This document shows, piece by piece, positions 12,346-25,914 of a stretch of DNA of 64,000 bases. The notes under the pieces are model-generated. The model saw only the letters and a list, made by a program, of their open reading frames with translations, was not told where the DNA came from and ran no database searches. Source of the stretch: Octopus sinensis (Eukaryota). The stretch lies in assembly GCF_006345805.1 (NCBI RefSeq), contig NC_043004.1:33728001-33792000 (forward strand), given 5' to 3'. The position numbers and the translations under genes are program-made. Position 1 is the first letter of the stretch, and every line of letters begins with the position of its first letter.

Positions 12346-13599
12346 CTGGGTTTAAACAATAACAATAACTACAACAGCCTCATCAAATGGTGAAGGTGGT
12401 GTGCAAAGGCCATGGGTTATTCCCCATTTCCCCAGGTGACAGTCAGTAACTTGGTAGAATATAGAATAGGATTCTTTCGTTCTTGGTCAATAGATTGAAC
12501 CCTTATTGATTTGCAAAGCTGTGACTCTGAAACACTTGATTATCTGTATTACAATTTAATCAGGAATTTGAGACTCAGCTTTTAGAATTTTTCCCTATTT
12601 AACCCCGAAGTGAAAGAATACATCTAAAATTTTTAAAAATAAAGTTGAAGAAAATGTTGCCTGTATTTTAGTTCAGAACACTTGTCTAGTGTGAACGGTT
12701 TGATTTGACTTGGCATCAATGGAGGATTTAAACTGTCATGATATCACTCTCCCCTTGCACGTAAACAGTATCTTTATTAACATCTACTGCCCTTCCTTAG
12801 AGCAGAATTTGCTTTATCACATTTATAAATCTCATATTGACCAACCTCTGCTACCATACTTTTATTTCATTAAGTGACAGGGAGCTTTGTAACAAGTATT
12901 AAGACTAACATCATATCATAACAACATTCCTTGAAATTAACCACCCCCAACAACAACAACAACAACAACAGCAATAACAACAATGACAACAGTGGCAGCA
13001 ACAACAGAATGAAAATAAAAGAAAATCTAGTTATTCCAATTCTTTTCAGCCTTTTCTTTGCAGTCTTTTCCATTTGAAGAACATGTCAACCATACAATTT
13101 GTCTGCTCATTCAGAAATTTTCAAAAGAAAATCTTTTTCATTCACTTCTCATCCAGAACCTCTTTCCAATTCTATCAGCTTGATAGCAGATGAATGCACA
13201 TGCGTTCATGCACATATACACACAAGCATGTATGCACTGACATGTATACAATGTGTAAACATACACAAACATATATGCACTGAGATACCCACTGTGAGTG
13301 CATTACACACACACACACACACTCACCATCCATTGTGAATACATTTATATCAACACACATGTACACATGTACATGCATACTACGTCCACTTTGAATACAT
13401 TAATATCAACATACACAGACACACAGACACACACATATATATATATATATGAATACTTACAAACAGACCTACAAACTTAATTGTATATGCTCTGTCAAAC
13501 AGTGTACGCATACGTATGCAACTACGCAGGCAGACACTTTTATGCTCATATATATCGATTCACATGCATACACTCGCAAACTCTTCTACACACAAAATA

Positions 13600-13607
13600 C
13601 AGATACA

Positions 13608-13688
<81 letters not shown>

Positions 13689-13693
13689 GTATG

Positions 13694-13746
<53 letters not shown>

Positions 13747-13790
13747 ATATATATATATGTATGTATATATGTATGTATATACACACACAT
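13600..13790. repeat. (TA)n/(TATG)n microsatellite
   Basis: Direct inspection. Confidence 0.95.
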
Positions 13791-14769
13791 GTGCACATAT
13801 TCACCTGTATAGAGAAATCTATACACTTATAGAAGAAGAAAAAAATACCTGAAATAAAACAGAACTACAATTCAGGAATAATTGTATACAGAAATAAATG
13901 CATACAGACATTTCCAAACATGCTGACATTAATACATAAACCTAGATTTGCATATTCCCACACACACACTGATACTCACATGCACAGATATTCCCATATA
14001 GAGAGAGACCGAAATACATTCTTAACCAATTGTAATCAGCTTCAATTTAGTTTCCTTGACTGTTTATCAGCTTTCATGAAACTGTAAAATAGCAAGAACG
14101 GTCTACATATGACTGGCATCATTTTGACAGTTCTTATGGCTTCAATTACCAAATACTTTTAAGGAAAGCTTTCAAGTTAATGTAAAACAAGCAGTAACCA
14201 TTTAGTAATGATTATAGGACAAGAATGACAGAATTGAGTCAGCTGACTTAATGCCACACACTATTTCGTTTTCTTCTACTCTTATATTCTGAATTTAAAC
14301 TTTATGGCAACCAACTTTGCTATTTATCCTTCCGGAATCAATAATACAAATACCAGTGATACGCGTTGGGTTCGTCAGTATACTACTAGTATGTATGTTT
14401 AATGTAGTGGATGCAACAGAGCTGAATGTTTAAGGCATTCACTTCACAATCATGGGGTCCCAAGTTTGGTCTTAGCATTTGGCTGGCATCGTTGTTCAGT
14501 TTGACCCACGCATTGTGAGTGAAGTTAGATAGAAACTGTATGGAAGCCTTTCAGACAGATTGTAACAGATTGTAACTCGGTATGTTATGATGATTTTACA
14601 TGAAGATTATGTTAATGACACACATATCTATGGAATATTCAGCCATTTACATGAGCTGGTAATTAAGTTGTTTAAATAACTGAATGCTCATCATTGCAGC
14701 TGATGGAGATCCATTATTTACCATCATGTATTATACATTAATTGAACAGAATATAAAAGTCTTTGGACA

Positions 14770-15990
14770 TATGATATACAGTAGTTGAATATGAGGTGCA
14801 ATTTGGTTTTGTTCCTGGAAGAGGTACCATTGATGCCATATTCCTTTTGAGGCAGCTGTAAGAGAAGTACCTAGCTAAGGTGTAAACTGCTATACCTGGC
14901 ATTTGTTGATTTGGAGAAAGCATTTGACAGGGTACCATGTTCAGTAATTTGGTGGCTCTGTGGAATCTAGAAACAGATGAATGGCTTATGCAGGCAGTTC
15001 AAGCTATGTACAAGAAAGTTGTAAGTAAAGTGAGAGATGGCAATGACTTTAGTGAAGAATTTAACATGAAGGCAGGAGTCGATCAAGTTTCAGTCCTCAG
15101 TCCTCTCCTATTCACTCTTGGTCCTACAATCCATTACAGAGAAGCTTAAGACTGGTTATCAACAGGGACTCTTATAAGCTGATGATCTAGTTCTCATAGA
15201 TGACTATTGGGGCATTAGAGAATAAATTCCAGAATTAGAGGTTAAACCTGAAATTGAGAGGCCTTAAGGTAAACTTAGCAATGACACGGGTTTTAGTCAG
15301 TAGGAAATAAGACAGGACTCTGGTATCTTCAGGGAAATGCCTTCTTTGATATGCAGAAGAGAAACAGGTATAAATTCCATATGCTGTACTCATGTAAGCT
15401 ATGAACACATCACAGCAGATATAATGGGATCACTGGCAGATTATCAGGAAGTATAAACTTCATTTGCAGTAGAGGCACTGGAGCAGTTTCTAGGAACACA
15501 CTGTAAATTGAGTGTCTTAAATGTCCAGATGGCTCATTAGACATTGTTGATAGGGTTTTGTCACCTAGGATCTATAATTAGTAAGGGAGATGGTTGCTAT
15601 TTCTTTACTACCCACAAGGGGCTAAACACAGAGGGGACAAACAAGGACAGACATAGGTATTAAGTCGATGACATCGACCCCAGTGCGTAACTGGTACTTA
15701 ATTTATCGACCCCGAAAGGACGAAAGGCAAAGTCGACCTCGGCGGAATTCGAACTCCCAACGTAACACAGACGAAATACTGCTAAGCATTTCGCCCGGCG
15801 TGCTAACATTTCCATGCTGTGTTGGATGTGCAATTTGAGTGTGCAGGAAGGAATTAGTAGAAAAGAGCTGAGTGAAAAACTGGAGAGAAGAAGAACCAGA
15901 TGCTGCATGCAAGATAAAAAAACTGTACTGGTATGGACATGTGATGCACGTGGATGAGGGCAGCGGTATAAAGGAGTGCCAGTTGCTAAA
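14770..15990 (+). mobile_element. RTE-clade LINE reverse transcriptase relic (stops and frameshifts)
   Basis: QFGFVPGRGTIDAIFLLRQL, AFVDLEKAFDRVP, GVDQVSVLSPLLF, *ADDLVLI; after the SINE: SMLCWMC...WYGHVM. Confidence 0.88.
15598..15810 (-). mobile_element. SINE family B nested in the RTE relic
   Basis: Matches family B consensus; 5' end slightly truncated. Confidence 0.9.
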
Positions 15991-16420
15991 TGACTCATCC
16001 CGCTCTCCCATGCATTAGGCCTGCTTCTTCTCCTTGTCCCCACACCCCTGGCACTTGCAGAATACCATCTGTGTCATCCCTCACCCTTGTCTTTCCCCAC
16101 CAATAACTGTACTATCTTCAGTCTTCCTACTTCTCACCCCTACTCTCATCTTTCTATCTCCCCACTGACACCTTGTTCATCCACCCTTCAATCCTACCCC
16201 TTCCAGCAGTCTACTTCTCACCCCTATCCACCATCCCCTCCTTCTCCTTCCCATACAATCATGCAAACTGATTCTTCAACTTATCTTGTGCCTCGTGGGG
16301 TCACCTAGGCACCTCATAGCCATTGTCTATCTCTTGCAGCTTCTTTTCTCTTTCTTTCCCCTCCACCCGATAGATATGAGTTGCCATTTAGGTCCGCATC
16401 ACCTGCCTGTCTCCACCTTC

Positions 16421-16743
16421 ACATCGTTCAATCCCTCACCCACAAGCAAGGGGTCAAAATTCTGCCAGCCGGATGGTGACCTCAAAAGTGCATATAATAT
16501 ATCTCCACTTATATAAACTGAAAAAGAAGGTGGTCAGGTCATAAATGGAATGCTTTGATCATAGGTCTCTACTTTTACATTGTTCAATCCCTCATCCACA
16601 AGCAAGAAACTGACCTCCCCCACAGAGGTCAAAATTCTGCCACCTGGATGGTGACCTCAAAAGTGCATATAATATATCTCCACTTATATAAACTGAAAAA
16701 TAAGGTGGGATGGTCATAAATGGAATGCTTTGATCATAGGTCT
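16421..16743. repeat. Two-copy tandem duplication (about 150-165 bp)
   Basis: gttcaatccctca...ggatggtgacctcaaaagtgcatataatatatctccacttatataaactgaaaaa...gctttgatcataggtct occurs twice. Confidence 0.9.
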
Positions 16744-17022
16744 GCTTGAGCTGAGTTTACAGAAGAACTAAATGACAATTCCATAATGAAATGGAACACT
16801 AAATTCTTCTATTTGTCTTGCAAATAAACTTACATGTTCATATTAAAGTGTCCTGGTGTAGGATTCCGTATCAGAATTTTGGTTGTGTGTGTCCAGCAAT
16901 GTAAATACGGAACTGTCATTCCTCATAATCAACACAATCAATATTATTGGAGCGAAAAGAAATGGTTTTTAGATTAGAAGGAATAGCAGCAGAGAAAGTC
17001 ATGACGTTAATGCTGTGTTGAT

Positions 17023-17500
17023 ATGGTGGTGATGATGATGTTGGTGGTGGTGGTGGTGGTGGTGGTGGTGGTAGTTGTAGTGGTGATGATGGAGGTGGTG
17101 GTGGTGGTGGTTGTGGTTGTGGTGGTGATGGTGGCAGTGGTGGCAGCAATGGTGATGGTGGTGGTGGTGGTGGCGGCGGCAATGGTGATGATGATGGTGG
17201 TGGTGGTGGAGGTGATGGTGGTGGTATTGATGGTGGCAATGGCGATGGTGGCAGCAATGGTGATGGTGGTGGTGGTGGCAATAGCGATGGTGGCAGTGGT
17301 GGCAGCAATGGTGATGATGGTAGTGGTGGTGGTGATAGTGGTAGTGGTGGTGGTGACAATGATGGTGATGGTGGTACTGCTTGTGATTAGGATGTTGCTG
17401 TCAGGATCTAATAATGAAATTGGTGATGAAGTATATTGTTGTAGGTGACATGGTGATGATGATGATGATGATGATGATGGTGGTGGTAGTGGTGGTGGTT
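17023..17500. repeat. Degenerate (GGT)n/(GAT)n trinucleotide tract
   Basis: Direct inspection; source of the poly-Pro/Thr/Val ORFs. Confidence 0.95.
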
Positions 17501-19211
17501 GAGGGGTGGGGGAGTAGAGTAGGGTGGTTTTGGTGTTGTTGGAGATGGTTTCACTGATAAGAGTGAAACTAACAATGATATTGATCAGGCTTAGAATCAA
17601 ATAATCAACTGCTGAAATTGATGCAGATTTGATTCAGGAACCCAAACAATGCTAGAAATGCATGTCAACACACAGCTCAGGATACATAATGAAGGCTTCT
17701 TTTCATCTTTTAGACTTTCAAACTTCAATGGAAATTTCAGCTTCAAGTAGGTTTTCTTTCATCACAATCTCTAAAACAGCTTGATTATCTCCCTTTATTA
17801 ATTTTTTTTTCATTGACATTTCAAGGTTCTCTCCCTTGTCCCATTTAAGAGAATTTTCATAAACACTCTGTTGTGTCTGGGGAGAGTCATTTTCTTCTTG
17901 TGCCTTATAATTTAACATACTCACCGGTAAAATTTCCACTTTTTTCATATTTTTATTGTCCTAAAATTTTCGTTGTGTCTTGCAACCTTTTCAATAGTTT
18001 TGACTGGTGTGTGTGTTACATAATAAGGCACAAAAAGAAAATTACTCTCCCCAGACACAACAGAATATGCTTCAACACACGAACTCATAAAAAGAATCTT
18101 GCAAACCAAGTCCAAAAACGAAAGATTCATAAACACTGGTATTTTTTTTTCATCAGTGTCAGATAAAATATCATATAATTCAATTTGTTTTCACTATTAA
18201 GTATGCTAATAACAAAATAATAAATAAAACATATGCATATATACATACATATATGTACATACCTACATCTATATGTATATATACATGCATATATCGGTAT
18301 AGGACACCAAAAAAATGTAGAACACAATGAGAAATGAAAACATAAAAATATAAAAACAAAACCATGGAAATGGACATTTTTCAAACAACGAAAAAACAGA
18401 GTACAAGACATAAAACACAAGGAATATATCCCTTCTTCAGCTGCCCCTGCTTCGACTACTCTGTGATATTTATCTATAGATCCTTTACAGAAGGTATCTT
18501 TGGGACATTTTCTAATAAATGAAAATGATTTCATAAAAGAAAACTTCGATTCACTTATCTGTGTTGATACAAAGACCAAACTAGAAAAAGCAAAGTACTT
18601 TCACTTTTGTTTTCCTGTCACCTATTCAGGTTTGCGGAAATACCTTAGTGCTTGACATCAACAAATTATTTTATCTTCAGATGATTTCCTGAAAGGACAG
18701 CCATTGTGTTGAATGTCAGAGAGGTTTTCCAACAAGTAGATTTGCATTGATTTCAACAAAGCCATGATGATGTTATCGAAAATTAATTTTGGTCTTGACC
18801 TTAAATCTTCCTGTCTATATTGAACTTACTACTTTCAATGACCTTCTTGTGGACACACACAGTCTTCATTTCCTCATATCATGTCTACCAGTTCACCTTG
18901 TTCTTTCAAATAAAATAAAAAAATAAATAAAAAAAAAGAAAATAACTGACATTTGTATATTTATGAAGAAAAATATCAGAAACATGACAAAAATTTGTTA
19001 GTATCATGTTTGTTTTCATCTGTAATTGCCCAACCTTATTACAAATCTCCTGATAGTTGATATTTGGTGTCGTTTGAATTTGTGGAAGCTGCCTGTCTGT
19101 CATTTTAAAGACATGAAGAGTAGGTGTGGCTGCCTTCTTGATGAAACCTGTCACACAAACTAAAAGAGCAGGTAACATGACAGCTTAGCAAAGACAGATC
19201 TAACTAAAAGG

Positions 19212-19579
19212 CATCATCATCATCATCATCATCATTGTCGTTTTTGTCATCATTATCGTTGTCATCGTTATCATCGTCATCATTGTCATCATTATCATCG
19301 CCGTTGTTGCCATCCTTGTTGTCATCGGCGTCATCATCATCACCATCCTCACCATTATCATCATTATCACGATCATCATCATCATCATCATCATCATCAT
19401 TATCACCATCGTTGTCATCATTGTCATCATAATTATCATCATTGTCATTATTATCATCATCATCGTTGTCATCATCATCATCATTATCCTCACCATCGTT
19501 GTTGTCATTGTCGTCATCATTATCATCATCATTATCATCACCATCGTTGTCATCATTGTCGACACAATTATCATCATCG

Positions 19580-19638
<59 letters not shown>

Positions 19639-19700
19639 TCATCATCATCATCCTCATCATCATCATCATCATCATCATCCTCATCATCCTCATCATCATA
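19212..19700. repeat. Degenerate (CAT)n tract
   Basis: Direct inspection. Confidence 0.95.
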
Positions 19701-20453
19701 ATACATTTGTTGTTTTATGCTGGTTTGGTTTGGTTTGGCTCTCACAGTATCTCACCACTTCTCTTATTCTTCCTGTGTTTGGCAAAGACAGCAACAGAGA
19801 CAACCAGCTTTAAGATGATGATGATGATGATGATGGCAGTGTTGGTGCGGCAGTGATAACGATGGGGTGTAGCAGGCAAGATCTAAGAAAAGATGGTTGC
19901 ATTGAAGTTTCTTTTCAGAGAACTGAACCGAGTTAGAGGTGTTCAATACAAGATGAGAGATATTTGAATGGCTGATAATGATTGAAAGGGGTTTAGGGAG
20001 CAGTACAGACAGAAGGGGACTTTGAATTATAAGGAAATAAAGTATTGAAGCTGAAGTAACTGGAAATTATTCTTGCTGAAATTAAGCAAGGTGTTAGGGG
20101 TTGATATTCCATGTATAGACAAACGCAATTGTTTCTGTTATCTGGAAACCCCAGCAATTAGATTAAGCAGCAAAATCTGCCTTTAATCCCATCAAATCTT
20201 CTTCAAATACCTCTTTGCTATTCTTTTATTCTTTTCTCCTTTTCTTTTATTTGTTTCAGCCATTTTGACTGCGGCCATACTGGAGCACCGACTTTAGTCG
20301 AACAAGTCAAACCCGGTACTTATTCTTTGTAAGCCTAATACTTATTCTATTGGTCTCTTTTGCTGAACCACTAAGTTATGGGGACATAAACACACCAACA
20401 TCGGTTGTCAAGTGATGGTGGGGATAAACACAGACACAAAAACACACACACTC

Positions 20454-21767
20454 AAATTTAAAAATGCAATAAATTCCACAATTTAAGAAAATGGCAGGAA
20501 CTTAGTTGTGGAATTTATTGTGTTTTAAATTTTGGAATCTGTTTTTTCTTAGAATTCTATTTTTGAATCATTTTGGAATCTATTTTGTTTTTTTCCTAGT
20601 TAATTTTATAGTTAATTTTTGTTTAGTTTCAGATCATTAAAATGGAATGTCAAGTAAAGAAAAATGAGCATTTTCGACACCTCCTTCCTTTTGCTTTTAA
20701 TCAAGGTTCTAAGGCCACAAAAACTGTTCGCAACATTTGTGCTGTGTATGGAGAGGGTGCCATAGCTGAAAGAACTGCTCATGATTGGTATGCCAAGTGA
20801 AAAATGGAAATTTTGACCTCAAAGACACATCTCATTCTGGCTGTCCAGTTGAGTTCGATGAAGAGCGATTGAACCAACTTTTGCATGAAAATTCTTGTCA
20901 ATCGGCAACGGAACTGGCAGAGAAAATGGAATGCTCCCATACTGCTATAGAGAAGCATCTTCACTCGAGAGGAAAGATTCAGAAGTATGGAGCATGGGTT
21001 CTGCATGCTTTAAGTGACAACAACAAAAATCAATGATCCACAATCTCTGCTGATTTGCTTTCTCCTCACCGCTTAACTCATGGATACAAGCAGCGATTTC
21101 TTTACCGAATCATTACTGGTGATGGAAAATGGTGCCTGTACATGAATATGAAGCAGCATAAGGAATGGCTTAGCCCCGGTAAACAAGTGACACTGCACAT
21201 GAAACAAGATCTTTATCTGCGTAAAACGATGTTGTGCATATGGTGGGACTGGGAAGGGATTATCCATCACAAATTGCTTGAATGGAACCAAACGGTCAAT
21301 ACGGAACTCTATGTTCAACAGATGGAACAACTCAACATGGCTATTCAAGAGAAAAGACCTAATTGGCAGCATGGAGTTCTTCTGCTGCATGACAACACGC
21401 GCCCTCATATCGCCAATATGACCAAGGAAGCCATTCAAACGCATGGCTGGGAAGTGCTGCCACACCCACCATAATCTCCTGATTTGGCACCAATGGATTT
21501 CCACCTCTTTAGATCTCTTTCAAATGCAATGCATGGAGTTTCATTCAATAATGATGCAGAATTGAGAGCTTGACTGGATCAATTTTTCAAGTCAAAATCG
21601 GGTGATTTCTACCAAAGAGGTATTGAAAATCTTGTTGAACGTTGAGAAGAAGTTATAAATAACAAGGGTGAATACATTATTGATTAATTAGTTGTTATTT
21701 TTTATTAAACCTTTTAGAAAATTTAAATGAAAAAAAAAACGGTGGGAACTTAGTTGCCAACACAATA
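20454..21767 (+). mobile_element. Mariner (DD34D) DNA transposon, full-length decayed copy
   Basis: Right TIR ggtgggaacttagttgccaacacaa-TA at 21741-21767; left TIR rearranged; contains a transposase pseudogene. Confidence 0.92.
20642..21687 (+). pseudogene. Mariner transposase pseudogene
   Basis: MECQVKKNEHFRHLL...WVLHAL (WVPHEL-like), ITGDGKW, LLHDNTRPH, HPP*SPDLAPMDFHLF, GEYIID*; one frameshift near 20797 and several stops. Confidence 0.93.
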
Positions 21768-22029
21768 CATACATATACAATGGGATTCTTTCAGTTTCTG
21801 TTTACCAAATCCACTCACAATGCTTTGGTTAGCCCAAGGCTATAGTAGAAGACACTTGCCCAAGGTGCCATGCAGTGGGACTGAACCCAGAACCATGTGG
21901 TTGGTAAGCAAGCTACTTAGCACAGCCACTCCTGCACCTATATTTACAAAAGGTAAAAAAAATGGATACATTGGATAATGTACCTTGGAGGAGCATTTTA
22001 TGAATGATAAAGGTAGTCATATGCTTTAC

Positions 22030-22400
22030 CTTTTGTTCTTTTATTGTTTCAATCATTAGACGGTGGCCATGCTGGAGTACCACTTTGAGGAACTTTAGTC
22101 AAATGAATTGACCCCAGGACATTTCTTTAAAGCCTGCAACTTGTTCCACCAGTCTCTTTTGCTTCACTGCTAAGTTACTGTGATGTAAACACATTGAGAC
22201 TGGTTGTTAATTGGAGGTAGTGGACACACACACGCACGCACAATGGGCTTCTTTCAGTTTCCATCTGCTAAATCCACTCACAAGGCTTTGGTCAGTCCAA
22301 GGCTACAGTAGAAGACACTTGCCAAAGGTGTCAAGCAGTGGAACTGAACCACAAACCATGTTGTTGGAAAGCAAACTTCTTAGCACACAGCCATACCTGC
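22030..22400 (-). mobile_element. SINE family A, older diverged copy
   Basis: ggccatgctggagtaccac...aatccactcacaaggctttggtc...gaactgaacc. Confidence 0.8.
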
Positions 22401-22513
22401 TTAAGGTCATGGGTGCAGCGTTTTTGATATAGGGTCTGAAACAAAACTACCTATAGTTTTGAAAGAAAATTAGAATTTGGGGTGGACCCTACACGGTAGA
22501 GATGAGACCAGAA

Positions 22514-23036
22514 CAGGGCTTCCTTAGCAGCATTATAGGCCCCAGGGTAAACCAATTCACTGACTCCTATAGTAATTATTTATGAAGAGCAAGCCACAGC
22601 ATACACAGATTGGAATTGGGTCCCTAGACCCATAAGGTTCCTAGGACACTGCCCAGCATGACCATAGATTGAAATTGGGTCCCTAGACCCATAAGGCTCC
22701 TGGGACACTGCCCAACATGACCATAGATTGGGATTAGGTCCCTAGACCCATAAAGCTCCTGGGACACTGCCCAGCATGACCATAGATTGGGATTAGGTCC
22801 CTAGACCCACAAGGCTCCTGGGACACTGCTCAGAATGACCATAGGCTGGAATTGGGTTGCTAGACCCATAATGCTCCTGGGACACTGCCCAGCATGACCA
22901 TTGATTGAGATTAGGTCCCTAGACCCATAATGCTCCTGGGACACTGCCCAGCATGACCATAGATTGGGATTAGATCCCTAGACCCATAAAACGCCTGGGA
23001 CACTGCCCAGTGTGACCATGTTTTAAGAAGGCCTTG
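22514..23036. mobile_element. hAT-type MITE containing a minisatellite
   Basis: Ends cagggcttccttag / ttaagaaggccttg form CAGGG-type imperfect TIRs; no clear 8-bp TSD. Confidence 0.6.
22604..23016. repeat. 59-bp minisatellite, 7 copies
   Basis: Unit catagattgggattaggtccctagacccataaggctcctgggacactgcccagcatgac; unit 4 starts at 22781. Confidence 0.95.
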
Positions 23037-23038
23037 AA

Positions 23039-23257
23039 TTAAGCCTTTAGCATTCAGATTACGCAGTCAAATGTATTGCTCATTTATTTACATTGCTTCA
23101 TGCGCTATCTTGTAGCTTTAAGATTCTGATGATGTGATTGTTTATTTCAAGAAAGACATTGTGGGATAGGTGTGAGAGGTCGGATCAAGCCAATTTGAAT
23201 ATAACACAGATGGAATATTTTGACCAGATACGGCCAGTGTAAATACAAACGGGTTGA
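23039..23257. mobile_element. piggyBac-type MITE, decayed
   Basis: ttaa-gcctttagcatt ... aatacaaacggg-ttga. Confidence 0.5.
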
Positions 23258-24387
23258 TTATTCAATGCATCTTGAGCAGGTTTGTGCAGCAAACAGCGCT
23301 TTTTTCCTGCAGTGGCTCCTGTCATACACTTTTCTTCTACATTTTCAGTGTCTATTGGATAGCCTTCAGTTTAGAAATGGAAAGCTATGAGATATTTACG
23401 TGTTGTACTTAGGAAAATAATTCAATAAGAAATAATTGGAATTAATAAAACAAACCAATTTGTTTTATTAATCTAGTTTTTCATAGCTTGTTGTGCTTGT
23501 TGAATCCTTTTGCTATGGAATAAAATATCTAATAAATATTGCTGTTTTTTTTTTTTCCTTCAAATATTTATAACTCTTCCTCCTATCTCTTTCTCACTTG
23601 CACCTTATTTTTTTATATTTTCACAAACATAGAGAAAAATAATCACAACTCTCTCTCTGATAAGACATGTTAAATTGCGAAAGCTTTTTGTTTGCAACTT
23701 GGCGAGATAGTTGTTATTATTCTGACCTAATTCCTCACAAGACATTTCGTTTTGCTTTTAATTTAGATTACCAGAATCTTCTATTTCAATTATTTTTCTT
23801 TTCTTCCTTAGACTGGTTTGTTATTGATGAGTTTTCAATCAATCATAGTTTTGAATATCATGACAATATTCAGATACCAATGACATCGTCTAACCTTTGT
23901 TGTAGAAACACATGGCAATATCCTACGCTGCTTCTTCTTGTTTTGATAAACCATATTTTTACTAATCTCTAAGAACGATAATTTTACTGATCAAGTAATA
24001 TGGTAAGATAACATTGAACCAAGATGGAACACCTTGCTATATATTCTACATTATCAGAATCCCTTACCTGTTATCATCACTTGGTTGATAGAATATCTTA
24101 TAGAGATAAAATACTAGAAGTGAAATGCTAGAAATAGTTTATTTATATTAATTATATTAATTATATTAGTTATATTATTTATATTAATTGCTGGCAGGGA
24201 GACAGTATTTCATTTTGCAACCATAATAATACACTACCAAGCATTTGTGGATGGTAAACGGGTTGGATGTGGAACTGAAGAAAGTCCAAGAACTCCTGAA
24301 ACATGCATATACACCCATCACAATTTTTCTATCTTTGATCATAATGTTTACATAGACGTATTCATATATGAAACATTGTAACTTTAG

Positions 24388-24528
24388 GTATTGGCTCGCT
24401 TACCAACCACATGGTTCTGGGCTCAGTCTCACTGTGTGGCACCTTGGGCAAATGTCTTCTACTATAGCCTCTGACCGACCAAAGCCATGTGAGTATATTT
24501 GTTAGATGGAAACTGAAAGAAGCCCGTC

Positions 24529-24584
<56 letters not shown>

Positions 24585-24833
24585 AATATATATATATATA
24601 TATATGTATGTGTGTCTTTGTGTGTCTGTGTTTGCCCCCCCCCCCCAGCATCGCTTGACTACCGATGCTGGTGTGTTTACATCTCCGTAACCTAGCGGTT
24701 CGGCAAAAGAGACGGATAGAATAAGTACTAGGCTTACAAAGAGTAAGTCCTGGGGTCGATTTGCTTGACTAAAAGCGTTGCTCCAGCATGGCCACAGTCA
24801 AATGACTGAAACAAGTAAAAGAGTAAAAGAGAG
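24388..24833 (+). mobile_element. SINE family A (5' truncated, expanded internal TA tract)
   Basis: Body and tail match the family. Confidence 0.9.
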
Positions 24834-25914
24834 TATAAATGTAAAAAAAAATTATTTATAAAACATAATTTAAGGAGACGGAATGGTAGACATTTACTCT
24901 GCAATGTAATTGGAAATGTGATTGGCCAGCACGAGATAGATTTGTGGTTGTAGTGTGTAAGTCATCTGTGATCATGATGTGCTTTTCGGTTTTAAATTGC
25001 AACTTATCATGTTTAATATGAAGAAAGATAATTTTCAAGATGAAGAGATTTAGCTGAGCACTTGTCATCTGCCAGTAACTTACCAAGTTCTTGGTGTTAA
25101 TTCAATATTTCTGTTTATATAGTTTTAGCACCACATTGTCTGGGAAATGTCCTATAGAAATCACCTGAAGTTTTCTGCAGAGCATCAGAATTGCAGCAAA
25201 ATCATATATTCTATCATTTCAGTATCTCAGTATGTTACAATTATTGTTTAAGTATTATGAAAATAAAATGCATTGACAATCCAGGAAACCGTTAATAAAA
25301 AAATACATCTCTTCTAGAAAGTCTTTTGAAAATTTGTCGTATGAAGTATGCACAAATTTCTTCACTTCTTATCACGAGCGAAGTTGGTGATTTAAATTCA
25401 TGCTTTTATAAAAGTTGGAAAATAAATAACAAGATGATTAATTTAATTTCTATGCATTGAAAAACCTATTTCACAGCAAGGAAGGTTCTTTTTTGTGAAG
25501 ACAGAAACAAGCAAAATAAAAAACAAACAATGCCAAGACAGATTTTACTGCAAAGAATAAAAAATCTCTTTAAAGGTTTGCTAAAATGTGTCTTATCAAT
25601 GTTACTATTTACCATTGGTTAATAATATAACTTTTGGAATCTTTAAACATCTCTAGGCACTGTCTGCAAACCATTAGCTTACAACAACACCTAGAATCAT
25701 TAAAAGAATTTCTACTCACTGAAAAACTCAATGAAATTTAACGTGGCATAATCTTTAAAAATAATTCTTGATTACAATTCATCTACACCAATTTTAATGA
25801 GGAATTATAAAAGAAAATGTCAATTATGTTTCACCGGTGCCACAAACAATGACATTGTTCATTCTATCCATAATTTCATATTCAGAAACAGACTAAAACT
25901 ATATTTCTCTTAAT

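Larger units (their letters stand above)
20222..21940 (-). mobile_element. SINE family A split by a mariner insertion (halves 20222-20452 and 21768-21940)
   Basis: Tail half ends in the CA/TA linker before the mariner; head half resumes with catacatatacaatgggattctttcag after it. Confidence 0.85.

Noticed and set aside
17718-17948. 76-aa Glu/Lys-rich minus-strand ORF
   Set aside because: Short, no family signature, explained by base composition
22604-23016. CRISPR-like array
   Set aside because: Contiguous 59-bp units with no unique spacers, no cas genes, eukaryotic context
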